Assembly: GCF_009914755.1 (NCBI RefSeq)
Contig: NC_060947.1
Reading direction: 5' to 3' (one strand)
Source: the human T2T-CHM13v2.0 reference genome, Homo sapiens
Length of the DNA: 64,000 nucleotides
A model generated the notes under the pieces. That model did no database searches. It was not told the DNA's origin and saw only the letters and a program-made list of their open reading frames with translations. The position numbers and the translations under genes were made by a program. This document shows, piece by piece, positions 29,262 through 46,157 of this stretch (the first letter of the stretch is position 1; every line of letters starts with the position of its first letter).

Positions 29262-30139
29262 ACTGAACCACACGCCATTCTTCCAAGGATCCTTAGATCG
29301 ACCCCAGAAGGAGCCTTAGCTGCTGTTCCCCATTCGATGCCCCTTTTCAGCAGGAAGTAGCCAGAAAGAGTCATCGCCCCAAACCCCCTAACAGCAGTTA
29401 GTGTGGCATCTCCACAGGGGGGAATGTTGTAGGAAAAGGGGTCCTTGGGAAGTTTTTGTTTGTTAAAGCACCTCTGGAAAAGTTTCTTGCAAAGCCCTGG
29501 CTCTCAGAGCCAGGCCAGCAACCATTGATATGCAAATGCAGGCCATTAGAAACTGGGCCCACCCAAACATGGAGATTCCCCGGGCCTTCTTGCCCTTTCC
29601 CCACAGGTTCCTGGCAACATGGCCACCCCCACATATCCCCACGTGTGTAGACCATCATGGCACCCTACATTTGCATATTAAAAGGCTAGAGTGGGAGGGC
29701 CAGCTTTTTCCATGGGCCATGTGAATGAAATGCCTAATCAAACCAATCCCCTGAGCCCTATGCAAATCAAACACCGCCTCCTCCAGCCTCTGCATATATA
29801 CCTGGCTGGTATGGTTAGCAGGTAGGGACCTCCTCTTTCGGCTTTGTATCCCCCCTCCCTCTGCCTCTGTATAGGGGGAGCTTCTTCCTTCTGTCTTCTC
29901 CCTTCCTTCTTGCCTATTAAACTCTCAGCTCCTTAAAACCAAAAACAACAACAACAAAAAAACAGGAACTCATACTTTTCAATTACAAATAGTGCATGCA
30001 ATCCACCTACTTGGATGACTACAAGAAGTTTAGAATCTTTCCGTGGCCCATCGTAGCTAACTGCATAGACTTGACCTCCAGCAACCATGCCTCAGGACCA
30101 AGATAAAGCATATGCTGCTATCTCTAAAATGACAAAGTT

Positions 30140-30472
30140 GGCTGGGTGCGGTGGCTCAGACCTCTAACCCCAGCACTTTGGGAGGCTCAGGCGGGTGATC
30201 TGTTTTAGCCCAGGAGTTTGAGACCAGCCTAGTTTGAGATCGGCCTGTGATACATGGCGGAAACCCCGTCTCTACAAAAAAAAATCCAAAAAATTAGCCA
30301 GGCATGGTGGTACATGTCTGTAGTCCTGGCTACTCAGAAGACTGAGGTGGGAGAATTACTTGAGACTGAAAAGTTGAGGATAGTGAGCCATGATCATGCC
30401 ACTGCACTCCAGCCTGAGTGATAGAGAGAGACCCTATCTCAAAAAATTAAGAAATTAAAAAAAATAAATAAA
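30140..30472 (+). mobile_element. AluJ
   Basis: Diverged dimer; TSD tgacaaagtt. Confidence 0.85.
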
Positions 30473-30999
30473 CTGACAAAGTTCGTTATCTAGGTACAGT
30501 TAAAAAATGAGGGAGGTTCTCCTAACAAAACTATAGTAACTGATTATTATCATATTATCTTCTCTAACACCTCCAAATGCATATTCCTCCTCATGCCCGC
30601 TTTGGAACCATGCTATCAGTATTTTTGTTAGGCTTTTTTCCATGGGTATGAACCATATTTCAGAGTCCTGAGAGTATTCACTGCACCTTCTATGACTAAA
30701 ATTACATTTGGTAAGGAAACAATTAGTCAACTGTGCAAAGATAAATTATAAGGACAATCATCACAGCTGACATAAGAAGATGAATAATCTTCAATGTGCC
30801 AGTTTATTAATTTACTACAATATACCCATCAATGTAACCAGAATACTTGTTTCCATATAAAGCATACATTCTTTTCCTATAGCCAAATTATAATCATAAA
30901 ATTGCTTAATTAAGCACAGAATCAAAACAGGTGTCATAATTAGATAAAATATATGCTCAATAATATCAAAGAAGTCTAGCATTTAAAAATCTATACAAA

Positions 31000-31321
<322 letters not shown>

Positions 31322-31415
31322 TCATAGTTTTAGTTGAGTGACAAGATTATAGCTTATCTTGACTATATTTATTTCTTTATGTGTTATCTGAATTATTTAT
31401 TAGTATCTCTTTACC

Positions 31416-31539
31416 TTTTTTTTTTTTTTGAGACAGGGTCTTGCTCTATCACCCAAGTTGGGGTGCAGTGACGCGATCATAGCTCATTGCAGTCTTCAAC
31501 TCCTGGGCTCAGCAATACTCCTGCCTCCGCCTCCTGGGC
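31416..31539 (-). mobile_element. Truncated AluJ right arm
   Basis: polyT then gagacagggtcttgctct. Confidence 0.8.
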
Positions 31540-32694
31540 TTGTGAAAGTGGCAGGTAAATTTCTAAAACGGTCTCATGACATTACTTCAGACTATAGCAT
31601 CTGGCTGACATTCTAACACTGCTGCTTCAGTAAGAGTTGGAATAGTATAAACAGAAGCATCTTCAGAAACGTATATATAAGATGAAGGGCACATGTGCTT
31701 AGCGGCCAAGATGTAGAAATGCAATATGAACACATCTGAATCAAGTGGTGGCCACACTCACATTCCCATCTAAGGTAAACTGTTCCACCTATAGTTCTGG
31801 AGAACATAGTTCTGGGAAGCAGTCCTAGACAGCAATGATTTTTAGAATACGATCTGCCTTGTAGTCCAAAGCAGAAAGTATCAGGTGTGGGGGACACTTT
31901 CCAAGTGCCATTATATATCATTAAAAGATTCAAAAAGTGACTCCCAAGCAGGGCAGAGTTATGCCACTGAAATTCTTACACTAAGGAATAAAGTCTATGA
32001 AATGCAAAATAAATAGAATCTGTGAAATGCAAGAAAGCTGGAAAACATGAAATAAATACCTTTGGGCACTATCTCATACACTGGGGCAACAAGCAACATT
32101 TAATTATGAATAGCTGAAAATTGAAGGGGAAGCAGAATGCAGACTAAGCTAGGAGGTAAAGTAAAGGTTGAGTCAACAATGAGGAAGGCACTGAACAAAC
32201 ACACAGAGGAATTAAAAAATGTTAAAGGTGGTATACTAGGATGGATGACACAAACTCTTGCGCTGACATTCCCAGATCTGTCTTGGAACTAATTTCCAAA
32301 CTCAGGAAACTGAATTAAAATTTTTCTTTAAATTTTAATTGTCTTTACTCAAATTCCTTACTTGAATTCTTATGAGATCCCTGTCCATCTTAGAGGCTGA
32401 CCAAGCCCAGCCATGGGTGGTCCAAATTGCTTAGGTGGTCCCAATTGCTTGGCTGGCCCAAGAGATGTCTGGTTCTTAACAATACAAGAGCCTATAGAAA
32501 TTGCTAAAGGGATTTCAGCCACAACTGAAGCTCACCAAGAATGAGTTTTCTGGAACTGGTTAAAGTGTCACAGTAGGGAGTAAGGAAATAAGAATCCCCA
32601 CCAAACATAAGAGAACAGAATGATAATAGTCCCTACTAGTCCATGACAAGGCTGCCAATTAGGCATTTAAAGCTATCAAAGATGATGCTGTGAG

Positions 32695-33357
<663 letters not shown>

Positions 33358-33855
33358 ATATAGAGAACTGGGAGGCTGCATCAAAGATAGTCCTTTAACT
33401 TACTTTTGTTTGAAGATGCTGTATTTTAATATTCTCAAGGATATTCTGATGTCCCCAAGGATATTCAGTGTAAACTGCCTACTTAGTGAAATATTGTTGC
33501 TCTATTTTTCTTACCATTTTATCCACTTTAAGTATATACAGTTCAGTAGTATTAAGTATATTCACATTTTTGTGCAACCAATCTCCAGAACTTTTTCATC
33601 TTGCAAAACTGAAACTCTATTCCCATTAAACAATGACCCTTTTCCCCCTCCCCCGGCCCCTGGCAACAACCCTGACACACCCTGGCAACTACTTTCTGTT
33701 TCTATTAATTTGGCTCATGCTTCAGGCTACCCCATACCATCATTCTGGGACACAAGAACTAGACAGCAATTTGTGTTACTATCTAGACTGGCAGGGGTGA
33801 ATACATTAGAGATTCCATACATGAAAATTGTAATATGTTAAGGGGCTCTAGTTTA

Positions 33856-34178
<323 letters not shown>

Positions 34179-34807
34179 TTAAATTTAAGTAATATATAAA
34201 TATGAAGAAATGCCTGTCTGCCTGGCGGCCGCATAATAAAATACACCTGTCACATCAGTCATGGTGTCTGACAACACACCCTCAGCCTTCTAAGAAAAAC
34301 AGAATTGCACAAAATTCTTAATACATAGCCATAGAAAATAATGTTTTATTTCATATGGCACCAAATCAAAGGACAACCATAGGTTAAGCCATAATCTTAT
34401 GACAGAATCTGAAGTGAGAAGCTCTAGTCAAAAAACAGTAATCTGAACCAAGGAGACTGTTTGGCTCCCAGAAATTTGAATTGCAGAACAAAGAATCACA
34501 TAAATATCAGCAAAAACTGAAGCTGAAAGATTTCCCAAAATAAAAAATAAAGGCATGAGGGATGCATAAGCATGTTCAGTTGTCATAATAATTGGATTGG
34601 GGTCACCACTGACATTTAGTGGAAAGCAGTCAGGGATATAAGATATTCTGCAATGTAGCAGCCAGTCCCTCAAAGCAAAAAATTGAAATATACCATCAGA
34701 CTCATTACAAATTCAAATTAGTACTTTGGTACATAAGAATGAAAACTTTAACATGAAGTGATACAAAAGCTCAGTAATTCAGGATGTTGTTAGGAAAATG
34801 AAGTTCA

Positions 34808-35137
<330 letters not shown>

Positions 35138-35406
35138 TTAAGATTTCATTACTGTGCCAAATTACAAATCTAGTTGAAAAATTGAGTCTAATACCAGTTA
35201 CTGCTTACTGTTAAGCTGACAAATTTAGTTACAAATAAGAGACACTTGTTCAGGGAAGGTAGAAAACTGATGAGGTTCTTAAAAGCTTCCTTGACTCCCT
35301 TACTATGCTGAGGGGATTGGCCACCCAAATTCTCTAATTAGATTCTTGTGAAATACAAGATTGCCAATTGTCTTATGTATAGCTTCACAACCTCTTCCTC
35401 GTACGT

Positions 35407-36030
<624 letters not shown>

Positions 36031-36685
36031 TAAATGGCAGCAAGAACAGGGTTGGACAGCAAGGGCAAATCACACAGTATGTGGCATATTCAGAATTGGT
36101 TGTGAGTTTCCAGTAGAAAGCACTGAGAATATCCATAGGGCAAAATGGAATACTAATAATCCTCATTTGCCTTTGCCTTTGTACTGGAAACCAGACCTTA
36201 CTTAAGCCCACCAAAGGCAAGGTTTGGGCCTGCCACAGCGGATTTCAAAAAGACAAAGCAATGCAAGCCACGTGTTCAAAATGCCCTAAGTGGCTATTCA
36301 GGTAATATATAAAAGTAAGACCAGGCTAATTAGTATACAATGGGGTAAACCAGAGAGCAGAAAGCCCTTCTTTAAAATGAGCCTACCACTGCTTGGCCTC
36401 AGTGTGAATTTAGACCCCATCTTCTGATATTTCAGGAGAAAGTAAAAATCTAGATTTTTATCTAAAATCTTTTTAATTTTTAAACAGTCACCTGATTTTA
36501 ACGAAATACTATGTGTGCACAATGGAACTGTCTACGGGAATGATCTAGTCCAGAGGATACCAGGTTCCTCACAATGTCTTATAAAGTTGTTTAACCCATA
36601 GTAAGAAATATTATACAATTATACCGGACCAAAAACATACATACATACAAATATGTAGCTGGGACAAAAATTTCACAGAACAATA

Positions 36686-36978
36686 CAGTCATCCCTCGGT
36701 ATCCATGGAAGACTGGTTCCAGGAATCCCTACAGATTCTAAAATCCATGGATATACACGTTCCTTATATAAAATGGTATATTTACATATAACCTACATAT
36801 ATCTTCCCGTCCCTTTAAATCATCTCTAGATTACTTATAATAACGAATACAATGTAAACACCACATAAATATATTGTATTTTTTTAAATTTGTATTATTT
36901 TGCATTGTTGTATTTTTTTCCAAATATTTTTTATCAGTGGTGGTGGAACCCACAGATAGGGAACCTATGGATACAGAG
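36686..36978. mobile_element. MER2 DNA transposon
   Basis: cagtcatccctcggtatccatgg..aaatcatctctagattacttataa..gaacctatggatacagag. Confidence 0.75.
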
Positions 36979-38246
36979 CACCTCCTGGTGATGCCTGATG
37001 ATGCCCTTTGCCAGATGAAGGCTGGTATTTTCTTTGCCAGATGAAGGCTGATATTTTCTTATTTTCTTATCTGTATTCTATCTTAATCTATTCTTTCCTA
37101 ATCTATTTCATTTTAATATCCACAACTGCATTCAAAACTGTGGCCCAGTTTTAAACACTGCACAAGGGAAACTGCCAAGCCACTGGCTGAGTTGAAGAGG
37201 TAATGGTACATAACCATGTTTTGTACCACATGAGAAAAAGGAAACATTACAAATAAGCCAAAACTATAAAGAAACAGAAGCTATGAGGTTATAAAAGCAT
37301 TTATAAGCATATTCTGTTGGCCTGAAACATTTTAAAACAATTGAAGCTGCCCTCCCAACCCCATTGGTTCCAGGATCCACCACAGATATTCATGACCTTT
37401 ATAGAAAATGTTCTAGTAATTGCATACAACCTATACACATCCTATCATATACGTTAAATCATATCTAAATTAAAAAAAAAAAAAAACCTGAAGCCAATCA
37501 GGCTTTTTGTAGACAACTGGTAATCTTAGGCAGACATTTCCACTAGGCAACAATCAGCAGAAGTACTAAAGTCTTCCCTTTTGGAGGAAATATGTATGTC
37601 CCAATTACACACAATGTCAAACACTCCCTACTATCCTCCTAGTAGCGTCAGTTGCCCTTTACCATCCCATTTGCACCCTTGTTTATATTTTAAAGAAATC
37701 GCTCTTCTAATGTCTCTATCAAAAATGACTGAACAAAAGATCACCCCCCTCACACACACAAGACAGTGTTTCAAGAAAAGAAGAAAACACCAGAACCATC
37801 TTATACATTTATGGCATCTGGATCCTACAGGCATTTGCAATTGCAGTCCTTGAAACAAAGAGAGAGAAGTCCAACAGTCAGTTGTTAATGGATACTTTAT
37901 AAGCTAAGCTATAAGAAACAAGCAAAGTAAAAGCAGCAAAACAGGGTAATCATCATATTAATGGCAGAAAACAAAAGTGAAGATCCACAAACTGTTGCTG
38001 TGGGTATATAAATATCTTAACTAAACTGGGATACAACAGGCCTAGTAAATTTGTCTTCTCAGGAATTGGAATCGAGCTATTAAAAGTAATCACAGTTCGC
38101 AAAGGAAACTGAAGCTGAAAGGATACACAGCAAGCCAACACAATGCAGAGGTGAGGTCAAGAGGGTCATAAGCAAGCAAAACTTATGAGGAAGATGAAGC
38201 CATAAGTAAGCAGAACCTATAAATAGGCTAAAAATATGAGATGGAG

Positions 38247-38582
<336 letters not shown>

Positions 38583-38623
38583 TTAAAAAGCAGAAATTAT
38601 AAGACACCAAAGATAAGCAGAGA

Positions 38624-38907
<284 letters not shown>

Positions 38908-39056
38908 GATACGCAGAGAGACAAAGTAGCTCAGTTAAATAAATGGCGCAATGCTAATGGAAAGATGTACAAGCTCTGGCTGCTGAGTTTTCTAGAGCTT
39001 CTCTGAATCCAGTTCCCATCCCTAACAGGCATAATCACATTAAGGTCCCCCTAAAC

Positions 39057-39384
39057 AGGTGTCCCTTGGTATCCACAGAGGAACTGGTTCCAGAATCCCC
39101 CGCAGATATTCAAATCTTTTATATAAAATATTCTAGTAAATGCATACAGCCTATACACATCCTCTCATATACTTTAAATCATCTCTAGATTACTTATAAT
39201 ACCTAATACGATATAAATGCTATGTAAATAGTGGTTATACTCTATTGTTTGGGGAATAACAACTAAAAAAAGTCTGTATATGTTCAGTATAGACACAACC
39301 ATCCATATTTTTTAGCCAAATATTTTTGATCCACAGATGGCTGAATCCACAGATGTGAAACACACAGATACAAAAGATCACCTG
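39057..39384. mobile_element. MER2 DNA transposon (partial related copy at 37360-37471)
   Basis: gtcccttggtatccacag..ggttccag..aaatcatctctagattacttataatacctaata. Confidence 0.7.
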
Positions 39385-40118
39385 TATGTGAAACTGCACG
39401 TGATCCAAGTCACCATTATTTCCCCACAGGTGGCCTGCAAATAACCTGTCATGTGAGCTCAACAGAGAATCTGTTTCTAGCAATCACAAGTGCCTAACCA
39501 ATAGTAAGAAGCAGAACAGCCCCCTAAGAGGAATGCAGTTTAGGAAGCTGGCTACGAACCTGAAGAGAATCCTCTTTGTTTTGATGATGTTGTGCAAACC
39601 AGCTTGTGATATCATGGAACTTTTAGAACTTTTACCCAGGGGAAGGTGAGTCTTTAAGAGACTTGGTAGATGCTGCAATCAAGCAGCTTTAAAGAGCTAA
39701 ACCAGATAGAGTGAACGTGTCATAGTGTTACCCACACCCAAAATCTTTCTAAAGAAAAACTTCCTTAGCCAGGCAAACAAGCCTGCTAAGAAAGCATTCT
39801 TATGACCAACTACCCCTCCTCCAAATCCAAAGTTGATCAGACCAAGGGAAAGTAAAGCTCAGACTCAAAGGCATATGTCTACACGCTGATCAACAGCCTA
39901 TGACTTGTAACATGAAAGCCCTCCCCAAACAAGGATGACGTGAGAAAATTAGATTAAATTTGCAATTGGGAAAAACAGAAGAACAGAAACTCAGCTGAAG
40001 TGAATGGATACATGGTAAAAGAACATACCACAGCTACGTAAGAAGCATGAAAGATTTAAATAAGATCAACTTGTGAGGAATAGGCACAGGAGTCAGAAGC
40101 TATAAATAAGCAAAAACT

Positions 40119-40272
40119 GGCCAGGCATGGTGGCTCATGCCTGTAATCTTAGCACTTTGGGAGGTTAAGGCAGGAAGATCACTTGAGGCCAGGAGTTCAA
40201 TAATAACCTGGGCAACACAGCGTGACCCTGTCTCTATTAGTTAAAAAATAAATAAATAAATAAATAAATAAG
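40119..40272 (+). mobile_element. FLAM_C with (TAAA)n tail
   Basis: Monomer consensus. Confidence 0.85.
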
Positions 40273-40450
40273 CAGAAACTATCCATTAGCAATGGGATAA
40301 AGAATAGAAATGAGGAAGTGAGTATGTAGCAAGAAGGGAGTTCATAGCAGTAATGTAAACTACTACATTCCTAGTAATTTACCAAATTAATTAAATAAAG
40401 ACATTCCTAATAAACTTAGCTAAGTTGTCAAGTCAGAATACTATATTATG

Positions 40451-40747
40451 GGCCAGGCATGGTGGCTCATGCCTATAGTCCCAGCACTTTGGGAGGCTGA
40501 GGCAGGCAGATCGCTTTGAGCTCAGGAGTTTGAGAACAGCCTGGGTAACATAGTGAAACCCTATCTCTACAAAAAATACAAAAATGAGCTGGGCATGGTA
40601 GCACACGCCTGTATTCCCAGCTACTTGGGAGGCTGAGGTGAGAGAATCACTTGAGCCGGGAGGCGGAGGTTGCAGTGAGCCAAGATTGCACCACGGCACT
40701 CCAGCCTGGGCAACAGAGCAAGACCCTGTTTCCAAAAAAAAAAAAAA
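40451..40747 (+). mobile_element. Alu (Jb/Sz-like)
   Basis: 16-bp TSD agaatactatattatg (40435, 40755). Confidence 0.9.
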
Positions 40748-43022
40748 GAGAGAGAGAATACTATATTATGATCTGGTGTAAGGGAAAAGGGAAAGAATAC
40801 TGAGTGATGAGAACCAATAATGCCTATAACCAGTAACAAACAAAAAGTATCTGTGACCTCACAAAGGGTTGCTTAGAAAATTATAATCTCCAAACTATAG
40901 ATCAGAATGTAGATCTGATACAACCTAACAGGCATATAAAATAGCATCAGGATATAAGGAGAGTAAGGTTGCAGAGTTAACTGTGAAACTGTCAAGTTCC
41001 AAAGATGGTTCAGGTACTTCTGGATGCTACATGACTGGGTTGCATTCTAGTTTTAGAGCTTGATTCTGGATACACTTATAGTAGCTGGATTGTGTTAGGC
41101 TAAAGCAATTTTGCATCATAAATAGGGAAAGAGATACATTTGCACATAGTAATCAGTAGGGGGAAATGTCCTAGACCTGCCAAATAGCAACTACTATCCC
41201 TGCGGTCTCAGGAAACTTAACCCACAGGGAATCAGATTCTCAGTTTAATGACAACTTGGCAACATGGAGAGTAGCAAGAGCTAAAGTCGATAGTCTGTAG
41301 AGAGAAAGATAATGTAGAAGGAAGGTCACACCTATAGTAGTTGCAAAAGCTCAAGTTATGAATGAGAAAAAAAATCTAAGTATTCAGTAACCAGGAGGTT
41401 AGAGGAAGACAGAGTATGAGGAAACCAAACTGTAGTAGGACCAACATGATGCACATAAGGAGAGAAGAGCTTAATTACATTAATGATACCACACTAGAGT
41501 TGAATTCCATAAACTTCCTTAAAATGATCCAAATCACCCCATTTCTTGCAATGAACTCTGGATTGCAAGGAAGAGACCCTCAAAAGGAATGCAGCTATTT
41601 GGAATTGGTTATATTGAAGCAACAGGGTAGACAGCCAAGCAAAGTACATTAATAGTGGTAACATGCAAAGCATCTTAATTTAGCTATCGCCTGTGCTCTC
41701 GGAAACTTAAAATTGTGAAATATGGAAACAGGTAATCAGTAGCAAAGATGAGAGGTGAAGAAGGTATTCTAAGAAGTTACAAGGGAAAATCAGAGGCATA
41801 ACTATGAGAAAGCCCACTATGACGAAGCAGAAACTAGGTGAGCAGAAGTTGTAAGAGTACAGTGTCATAAAGAAGGTATTGGCAAACTACCGCCAATAAA
41901 CCAAATCCAGCCCACTACCTTTTTCTGTAACTAGTTTTGTTGGAACACAGCCATACTCACTCATTTATGTATTGTCTATGACTGCTTTCATGCTACAAGA
42001 GCAGAAACCATATGGCCCACAAAACCTAAAATATTTACCACTGGGCTTTTTATAGAAAAAGTTTGCTAACTCCCCTCATAGAAGATAGCATAAGCCAATG
42101 GCAGGAAAACTGAAACAGGCTGAGAGAATATTTAAGTCATGTTAAAAGCAGAGCACTGGAGAAAAGATTTTTAAAGTCCTGCTGTTGAGAGCTCCACAAG
42201 TACCCTTACTACAACCCCCCAAACCCTGAATGTGCTGAACATTTAGAAAAATCAGTTACATACCACACACCAAAAAGGTTCCCAATGGGAAAGATTTGTA
42301 TTTAAAAAAATAATAAAAAGTATAAAGGAATTATGAACTATAAAAAATATATTTATCTTCCTATTATAAAATGCAAGTGGAGAATAAACCATAAAGAAAA
42401 AGATATTTGAGCTACATACAAATTAATAATTTATAGGCCAAACTGGGGGAAATATCTGCAACATATGATAGACTAAAACTAAGTGTGAAAAATAATCTCA
42501 AAAATAAGACCCAAGATTTTTATCTGTTCTATCTTGTTAGGAATCAAAGAAATACAAATTAAAATATCAAAGGCCATTTTTTACCTTTACAATTGGCAAA
42601 TTCTTCTGAAACCTTAACATAGTGTACTGGTGAAAAAGTTAAAAAAAAAAACGGGCATTCTTATACACTAATAGAAGGACCATATATTTTATCCAACCTC
42701 AGGAAATAAAACACACATATGTACAAAAATTTATCTATAGAGTTATTCACTGTAGCACTATTTACACACAATTAAAAGAGCAGTAATTAAAACAAGGTTC
42801 CAAATATCAGATACAAGTTAAATTTTTACATTCATGCAGTGGTGTATTATGTGCCAATTTTTAAAAGATGTTATTAAAGTATATTTAATGGCATGGGATA
42901 TATTTGAGATTGGTTCAGTTTAAAACAATAGGCAACAAAAGATTTCATTAATGACCCTAACATCAACAATTGAAAAAGACTGCCATCCCCCGCAAAACAA
43001 CTCACTTTTGAACACAGAAAAA

Positions 43023-43330
43023 GGCCGGGCATGGTAGCCCACCCTGTAATCCCAACACTTTGGAAGGCTAAGGTGGGCAAATAGCTTGAGCCCAGGAGTT
43101 TGAGAACAGCCTAGGCAACATGGAGAAACCCCGTCTCTACGAAAAATACAAAAATTATCTGGGTGTGGTGGTGCACACCTATGGTCCCAGCTACTCAGGA
43201 GGCTGAGAGGTAGGAGGATTCCTTGAGCCTGGGAGGTCAAGGCTGCAGTGAGCCATGATAGCACCACCACACTCCAGCCTGGACAACAGAGTGAGACCCT
43301 GTCTCAAAAAAAATAAATAAATAAAGGAAA
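43023..43330 (+). mobile_element. AluJ
   Basis: Dimer consensus. Confidence 0.9.
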
Positions 43331-43412
43331 AAAATAATAAATAAAATAGAAAATAAAATTTGAAATATCAAATTTAGCAAATATAATTCAAAATTCTTGA
43401 AAACTATGAATC

Positions 43413-43807
<395 letters not shown>

Positions 43808-43848
43808 TCAAAGAAGAATATTTACTTTCATATTCAACAATTGCTTAC

Positions 43849-43917
43849 CTGAGATACCTGTTCCTTTGTCCAGATCACCTTTTGAGATATCAGTGGAAGA
43901 ATTAATACTTCATAATC
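43849..43917 (-). ncRNA. FTX: Probable FTX exon (69 nt)
   Basis: Acceptor TTTGGCTTTCAG| and donor CAG|GTAAGC. Confidence 0.55.
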
Positions 43918-44390
43918 CTGAAAGCCAAATTTAGGGTTTGAAATAGCACAGCCCACTATCTTGCCTGTTAAGATAATGATTATATCCAAAATAACCTCTG
44001 TATTAGATTCACTTATGAGGTAAGTAGGGTAGAAGACACGTTGGTGAAAAAGGTAAGCACACCAGAGCTGATAATGTAAAGTTAAGAACAAATAACACAA
44101 TATAAAGACAACATCACTTCTAAGCCATACAAAGAAAGACCCACGACAAGGAAGAGATTCCTCTAAGGGATGGTAATAACATGGCCCGTGAAGAATATTC
44201 ATGGTATTCGTATGAATATTCTGCAATTCATGCACGTAAGACACAGATCACAAGAGACTTTTCAGTGCTGACTCAAATACAGCTGTATTATTTTTATTAT
44301 ATCATACACACTGTGAATCAAATAACTCTGAATGGTTGTTTTATTGTATACATCTTTGTTTGAAAGTCTTTGTGTATGTATACTGTAGAG

Positions 44391-44577
44391 CAGGGGTCAG
44401 CATGCTATGGCCCCTGGGCCAAATCCAACCTACTACCTGTTTTTGTAAATCAAGTTTTATCAGAACATAATCATGCTCATTTGTATCCATATTGTCTATG
44501 GATGTTTTCATGCTACAACAGCAGAGTTGAATAGAGAGACTACCTAGCCCTTTACAGAAAAAGTTTGCCAACCCGTG
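44391..44577. mobile_element. MER58A (further copies ~41875-42075, ~49499-49660, ~55792-56025)
   Basis: caggggtcagca..gggccaaatcc..tttttgtaaat..cctttacagaaaaagtttgccaacc. Confidence 0.6.
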
Positions 44578-44794
44578 CCATAGTGTCCCTTAATGGAACA
44601 GCTGGCAAAACCTAGACCTAGCAGAATGAATGAAATGTTCATTCATAGTAATTTACCAAATTAATTAAGGCTATTCATAATAAACTGAGCTAAGTTGCCT
44701 AGTCAGAATACTGTATTATGATCTGGTGTAAGGGAAAGAACACTGAGTGATCAGAACCAATGATGAAGCAGTAACAACAAAAAGTATGTGTGAC

Positions 44795-44999
44795 CCCCCA
44801 CCTCAGCCTCCCAAGTAGCTGGGACTACATGAGACTACAGCCATGCACCACCACACCCAGCTAATTTTTATTTTTTGGCAGAGATGAGATCTCACTACGT
44901 TGCCCAGACTGATCTCAAACTCCTGTGCTCAAGCTCAAGCGATCCTCCCACCTCAGCCTCTCAAAGTGTTGGGATTACAGGCACGAGCCACCACATCCG
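44795..44999 (-). mobile_element. Partial AluJ
   Basis: Left arm plus part of right arm. Confidence 0.8.
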
Positions 45000-45457
45000 A
45001 CCTCCATCTCCACTCTTTGAGTCTATGTGACTTTATTCATTGTATGAGTCAGGCAGCTACTCTGAATGGAAGGAAAAGAATTATTATTTCACAGGAAAGA
45101 ACAAATATGGTTACCCTTATATACAAAGGATCAGAGCATAGAGGTATTGAGAGCAGATGAAAAAACAAAGACATTTCAGAGCACAAAAGATAATCGACCA
45201 AATGACAGGCCATTGCTGTACATACTTACTTAGCTGTGAGCACCAGAGTAGAGTGAATCAGAGGAAAGTAAAGAAGGGGTACCCATTCAATACTGCTTCT
45301 TGGGTCTAGCTAGTTTTAATGGTGCTAATGTATACAGTGAATGCTAATAAACTTGGTTCTGAAATCAGAAATTTCTCTAAAGAAAATAATCAAAGAAGTA
45401 CACTAAAATTAACATTTAAAATGAATATTTAGATAATAATAAATTTTAAAACCTGTA

Positions 45458-45791
<334 letters not shown>

Positions 45792-45882
45792 CTAAAAATA
45801 GCATATGACTGCGTTCTGGGATTATGAGTAATTTTTATTTCCCTTTTAATACTACCTTTTGGTGGTTTCCAATTTTTAAACT

Positions 45883-46157
45883 TTTTTTTGTTGTTGTTGA
45901 TTTTGAAACAGAGTTTCCCTCTGTCACCCAGACTGGAGTGTAATGGCACGATCTCAGCTCCCAGGCTCAAGTGATTCTCCTACTTCAGCCTCCTGAGTAG
46001 CTGCAATTACAGGCATGAGCCACCCTGTTCCACTAATTTTTGTATTTTTAGTAGAGACAGGGTTTCATCACGTTGGCCAGGCTGCTCTCGAACTCCTGAC
46101 CTCCCGCCTCAGCCTCCCAAAGTGCTGGGATTAGAGGCGTGAGCCATCAGGCCTGGC
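45883..46157 (-). mobile_element. AluS with deletions
   Basis: Dimer consensus. Confidence 0.85.

Larger units (their letters stand above)
23391..29957 (+). mobile_element. ERV1 (MER61/HUERS-P3-like) element retrotransposed as a processed mRNA copy
   Basis: R-U5 (23391-23593), PBS, gag and env remnants, PPT, U3-R (29425-29940), A-rich tail; TSD AAAAACAGGAACT at 23378-23390 and 29958-29970. Family name from recall of consensus sequences. Confidence 0.88.

Noticed and set aside
37007-37060. 26-bp tandem duplication tttgccagatgaaggctg(g/a)tattttc (similar short ones at ~32416 and ~50947)
   Set aside because: Ordinary slippage-type micro-duplications with no evidence of function
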